A stretch of 32,357 nt of DNA from a virus (Duplodnaviria > Caudoviricetes). Positions 28,622 to 32,357 of this stretch are shown piece after piece. The stretch spans positions 1 to 32,357 of the IMG/VR virus record IMGVR_UViG_3300025875_000078. One strand, written 5' to 3'. Below the pieces are notes generated by a model. It did no database searches and was not told the DNA's origin. It was given only the letters and a program-made list of their open reading frames with translations. The position numbers and the translations under genes are program-made. The stretch's first letter is position 1. Each line of letters starts with the position of its first letter.

Positions 28622-29814
28622 GACGCTTCCTTTGTTTTGTTAAGGTTCATATCGCGCAGCCAAGCCGTAACAGCGGACTCATCGGCGTCGAAAGCGGCCG
28701 CCAGCACGGCGATTATCTCCGCATCTGACGGGCGTACGAACAGGGCGGCGGCGGGCGCGGGTTCCAACTCTACCAATGCAGCTTCTTCTTCCGCGTCAAT
28801 AGCAGGGATGACCAGTTCCTGGGCCGCCTCATTAGGTTGGTTAACCCATTCCAATGCTAACTTTTCCGGTTCCAAGGTTTCGGATGCGACTACCGGGGGT
28901 ACCCGTTCGGCCTCCTGATCCTCTTCCATCTTCTTGATTCGGGCCTCGGCGGCGTCAAGGGCATCCTTCGCGGACTTGGCATTGGCGGCGGACAATTCTT
29001 CTTGGCGTTTGCGATCAGCAGCCAATTCAACCTGCGCACTTAACGCAAGCGCGGCATCGGCCTCTTCCTTCGCCCTGCGAGCGGCGTCCTCAACAGCACG
29101 CTGATCCCGCTCGGCCTTGAGCCGCTCCCGAAGGCGCTCCGCTTCTGCGCGCGCTTCGGCCGCAGCGGCTTCCGCTTTGATGCGATCCGCTTCTGCCCGG
29201 GCCAGGCGATCCGCCTCGGCCCGCTCGCGGTCGACGGCGCTGGTATAAATTGAGTTCAACTGCGTCACAGCCAATGTCTTGGCGTTCTCGGCATCGAAGG
29301 TCATGTCCTGGTAGTCGTCGGCATCAATCGCCTGCGCGTTCATCGCGTTCAATGCCTCCTGCACCGCGCTGGCTGACGCAGTGAGCAGCGCAGTCGGTAC
29401 GCCGGTGAAGCGCTGCACGATCAACGCCTTGATCCCGTCGCGGCGCACGACCTCGACCCGTTCCGCCTCGGCACGCTCGGCGGCCTGCGCGGCTTCCCAA
29501 TCGTCCTGCAACGCTTTGAGGCGGGTTTCCTCCGGCTCAATGATGCCGATCAGACGCCGCTCCTCGGCTATTACGGCTTTGCTGAATTTAGTGGCGTCTT
29601 CGCGCGCCGCCTTGCCCAACTTCTCAATATCCACGCGGGCAAATTTCAGGCTGACCCGCTGCGCGTGGCACTGCTCGTAACCGGCCTTGTTTGCGATTGC
29701 TACGATCTCGCCGGCCGATTTCGCAAGCATTAGCAGACGCTGCTCATGCTTGCTGGCGCCCAGCGCAATAGCGGCGCGATCTACTGGTGTCAGTTGGCTG
29801 TTTGGAACGATCAT
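28618..29814 (-). CDS. Long coiled-coil phage protein
   Basis: 398 aa; Ala/Glu/Arg-rich heptads; IIEPEETRLKA motif; AGGAG RBS. Confidence 0.8.
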   Translation of the reverse strand: MIVPNSQLTPVDRAAIALGASKHEQRLLMLAKSAGEIVAIANKAGYEQCHAQRVSLKFARVDIEKLGKAAREDATKFSKAVIAEERRLIGIIEPEETRLKALQDDWEAAQAAERAEAERVEVVRRDGIKALIVQRFTGVPTALLTASASAVQEALNAMNAQAIDADDYQDMTFDAENAKTLAVTQLNSIYTSAVDRERAEADRLARAEADRIKAEAAAAEARAEAERLRERLKAERDQRAVEDAARRAKEEADAALALSAQVELAADRKRQEELSAANAKSAKDALDAAEARIKKMEEDQEAERVPPVVASETLEPEKLALEWVNQPNEAAQELVIPAIDAEEEAALVELEPAPAAALFVRPSDAEIIAVLAAAFDADESAVTAWLRDMNLNKTKEAS

Positions 29815-29848
29815 CAGATTTTGCTCCTAGATGAGTGATGACGCCGGC

Positions 29849-30037
29849 TTAATGCCGACAAATAAACCACGCTTTGCGAAGCGCGGTTAGGCGGCCGCAG
29901 CCGTAGGTGTCCCGATGCAGGCGGTAGGTGTGGTATAGCCGCGCTCCTGGTAGGGTGCCGCTGTTGATGTATAAGGCCAACAGCGCGAACAGTATCGCCA
30001 GCGACAGGCCGACAAGGACGGAGATAAGATCAATCAT
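29849..30037 (-). CDS. Small membrane-anchored hypothetical protein
   Basis: AGGAG RBS before ATG 30037 (the ORF could extend to 30160). Confidence 0.45.
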   Translation of the reverse strand: MIDLISVLVGLSLAILFALLALYINSGTLPGARLYHTYRLHRDTYGCGRLTALRKAWFICRH

Positions 30038-30278
30038 TGTTACTCCTATTGAGATAATTACTGCTGCTTCCAGATTGTTGATGCGCGATAACAGAACGCA
30101 CGCAACCACGTCTATTAATAACACGAGGCAGCCAAGGATGATGATATTGAAGGTGTTCATACCGACCCCTGAACATCGTTCGGTGCATCAAGACAAGCTG
30201 CGAGCCAGTATGCCAGGCGCCATACATGAAGCGGAATACAGTGGCGAGGGCATTGAGGCGACATGAGGTGAAGGGCAT
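30030..30278 (-). CDS. Hypothetical protein
   Basis: Start overlaps the upstream stop (TAATG) and the stop overlaps the next start; competes with an alternative frame. Confidence 0.3.
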   Translation of the reverse strand: MPFTSCRLNALATVFRFMYGAWHTGSQLVLMHRTMFRGRYEHLQYHHPWLPRVINRRGCVRSVIAHQQSGSSSNYLNRSNND

Positions 30279-30589
30279 TACATACCCCCTATTTGATGGT
30301 CCGCTCGGAGCATGGCCGCGCGGCGGATAAGGTCGATCACGAAGCGCCCGGTGATGACCTCGGCGGTGTCGTGGTGCTGCACTAGGGCGTGGCAGGCGAA
30401 GTAGATGATTTCGCCGCGCTGGGCTTCAAGAGCTTCCCAGTGGTTAGCGAATTCCTCGCTGGCTCGCATGCTGCTGGCGCATTCTGAGAGGATTGCGTCG
30501 GCTTCGGCCTGGATGCGCGCTTCGTAATCTTCTGCATGGATCACATACAATTCACGCTCCCTGGCCCGGTCTTCTGTGTTGTTGCTCAT
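30278..30589 (-). CDS. First gene of the leftward early operon, hypothetical
   Basis: AGGAGAG RBS; 103 aa. Confidence 0.7.
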   Translation of the reverse strand: MSNNTEDRARERELYVIHAEDYEARIQAEADAILSECASSMRASEEFANHWEALEAQRGEIIYFACHALVQHHDTAEVITGRFVIDLIRRAAMLRADHQIGGM

Positions 30590-30758
30590 TTCACTCTCCT
30601 GTTGGTTTCACGTGTCGGTTACTGCACCGTTTGGATTTCGCCCGCTCAGGGTGGCCGGTGTGTCGCCTGCTCCATGCCGTCCTGCGGGCCTGTCACCGTA
30701 GTCCTATGCCGCGAGGCTGCTGGGTGAGGGTGTCCACTGGGGGCGGTGGGTGATGTGA

Positions 30759-30800
30759 ATTATACGCCAATGAATAGGTTGCGCAATACGGTAACGCATA
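30759..30800 (-). promoter_or_regulatory. PL-like promoter with two operator-like palindromes
   Basis: TTGCGC-N16-TATAAT on the minus strand; TATACG-ccaa-TGAATA (30761) and AATACG-gtaa-CGCATA (30785). Confidence 0.65.
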
Positions 30801-30882
30801 GATTCACAAAAAAATCTAGCCATATGGGTTGGAGGGTGGGCGGTGGCAGCGTACGGTCCAGACGAGGTGTCCGGCGACGAAC

Positions 30883-30924
30883 TATCTGTGCGCGCATTGA
30901 CTTCGATATTCGCTGCTGTATAGT
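30883..30924 (+). promoter_or_regulatory. PR-like promoter with two operator-like palindromes
   Basis: TTGACT-N16-TATAGT; TATCTG-tgcg-CGCATT (30883) and TATTCG-ctgc-TGTATA (30907). Confidence 0.65.
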
Positions 30925-30932
30925 ATCTGGCC

Positions 30933-31139
30933 ATGGAAACCACCACTCAATCAAATATCAAGACTCTGCGGGCCAGGGGCTGGTCGCAGAGTCGAATATC
31001 CAGGGAGACGCACATCCCCCAGCCGCGCCTGAGCCGGTGGGAGTCCGGCGATGTTCCGGGCGCGGCTGATGATGCACTGCGCTTGGCTGCGCTTGTGTCT
31101 CGCACCGCCGAAGACCGCCCTGTTAGCAGAAAAAGGTAA
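30933..31139 (+). CDS. Cro-like HTH regulator
   Basis: IKTLRARGWSQSRISRETHIPQPRLSRWESG; first gene after the PR-like promoter, nearly leaderless. Confidence 0.85.
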   Translation: METTTQSNIKTLRARGWSQSRISRETHIPQPRLSRWESGDVPGAADDALRLAALVSRTAEDRPVSRKR

Positions 31140-31144
31140 CAGAG

Positions 31145-31615
31145 ATGCCTACCGTGAATCTGCATCGTGGCGATGACGGCAAGCTCTCCGGCATCAGCGA
31201 ACGAGATCAGAGGGCGTATGCCAAGTTCCGTAAGCGGCTCGAATCGCTTGGCGATGAATCCATCGTGTTTTCATGGGTTGAGCCGCGCAGTGGGCCGTAT
31301 CACCGCCGTTTCTTCGCAATGGTCGGGCAACTGTTCGACATGCAGGAGCAATTCCAAGACGAGGAAGACCTATTATGTTGGCTCAAGGTCGGCGCTGGGC
31401 ATTGCGACTTGGTGCCTGGCCCGCACGGAAAGCCTGTTGCACTGCCGAAGTCGATCAAGTGGGCGAAGTTGGATCAGGCCGAATTCGAGCCTGTCGCACG
31501 GTCGATCTGGGCGTTCGCCCGCTCGCTGCACGCATCCCGTTTTCTCTGGCCGCACCTGACCGACCAACAGGGTGCTTCCGCCATCGAGACATTCTTGGCC
31601 GGATTCGGGGAGTAA
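31145..31615 (+). CDS. DUF1367 / NinB-like phage protein
   Basis: PRSGPYHRRFFAM...WLKVGAGHCD....G..VALPKSIKWAKLDQAEF. Confidence 0.8.
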   Translation: MPTVNLHRGDDGKLSGISERDQRAYAKFRKRLESLGDESIVFSWVEPRSGPYHRRFFAMVGQLFDMQEQFQDEEDLLCWLKVGAGHCDLVPGPHGKPVALPKSIKWAKLDQAEFEPVARSIWAFARSLHASRFLWPHLTDQQGASAIETFLAGFGE

Positions 31616-31636
31616 CTATTGCAAGCGAACACTATC

Positions 31637-32357
31637 ATGGCACGGCAGGGCAGCGCTCGGCAACGCGTGGCGCGGCTAGACAAGGCAAGGGCAGCACGGT
31701 TGAGGATTCTAACGAGTCCTCTTCCGGGTGCGTTTGCATCAACACGGCGCGGCAGAAACAGGCACGGCATCACGAGGCATGGCAATGCTAGGCGCGGCGT
31801 AGCATTGCAACGCGAGGCAAGGGAGTTTGCAGTGGGAAGCGACTTATGGGCGCTTCCCGGTGGAAACACCAACACGGCGCGGCAAGGTTTGGCATCGCGG
31901 GGCGTGGCCCGGCGCGGCGCGGCAAAGCGAGGGCAGGGGGAAGCCGCAAGGTTTCCCGGTGCGTTTGCATCAACACGGCATGGTAGCGCATGGCGCGGCG
32001 TAGCATTGCAACGCGAGGCAAGGGAGTTTGCAGTGGGAAGCGACTTATGGGCGCTTCCCGGTGGAAACACCAACACGGCGCGGCAAGGTTCGGCAGCGCG
32101 GGGCATGGCACGGCGCGGCGCGGCAACGCGAGGCAAGGGAGTTTGCAGTGGGAAGCGACTTATGGGCGCTTCCCGGTGGAAACACCAACACGGCGCGGCA
32201 AGGTTTGGCAGCGCGGGGCGTGGCGCGGCGCGGCGCGGCAACGCGAGGCAAGGGAGTTTGCAGTGGGAAGCGACTTATGGGCGCTTCCCGGTGGAAACAC
32301 CAACACGGCGCGGCAAGGTTCGGCAGCGCGGGGCATGGCACGGCGCGGCGCGGCAAC
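31637..32357 (+). ncRNA. Tandem array of (GGY-NN)n pentamer tracts separated by conserved hairpins; candidate VIPR-like guide-RNA array, truncated by the window end
   Basis: At least 7 units starting at 31637, 31741, 31871, 31972, 32072, 32187 and 32302; strict 5-nt periodicity; spacer hairpins GGGAAGCG/CGCTTCCC and GGTG-GAAA-CACC. Confidence 0.75.

Noticed and set aside
31375-32356. Arg/Pro/Ala-rich ORFs over the terminal repeat array (255, 138, 112, 103 aa)
   Set aside because: They are by-products of a GC-rich 5-nt periodic repeat. Unit lengths are not multiples of 3, so the same peptide recurs in different frames.
31637-32357. CRISPR array interpretation
   Set aside because: The constant part is about 50 nt with two hairpins, the variable parts are themselves periodic and related to each other, and no cas genes are present.

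Overview
The window is part of a tailed dsDNA phage or prophage genome, probably podovirus-like with a proteobacterial host. Positions 1-19366 (minus strand) hold a late morphogenesis operon: TerS, TerL, portal, scaffold, N4-gp56-type major capsid, a lysis block (M15 endolysin, holin, spanin-like), adaptors, tail/stabilisation, fibre and ejection proteins. A plus-strand accessory island (about 19890-24700) sits behind a strong sigma70 promoter. It includes a Csx20/Csx15-like candidate ring nuclease and a largely deleted RlmN-like radical SAM gene. A leftward early operon (RecT, YqaJ exonuclease, SSB, Q-like regulator) contains integron attC-like sites. A lambdoid-type divergent switch has two operator pairs and a Cro-like gene but no cI between them. 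The most notable element starts at about 31637 and runs off the window end: a non-coding array of at least 7 units, each a 5-nt-periodic (GGY-NN)n tract plus conserved hairpins, with variation concentrated in the NN dinucleotides. It resembles a VIPR-type viral guide-RNA array; no effector gene is visible in the window. All family assignments come from motif recognition by eye, with no database searches.
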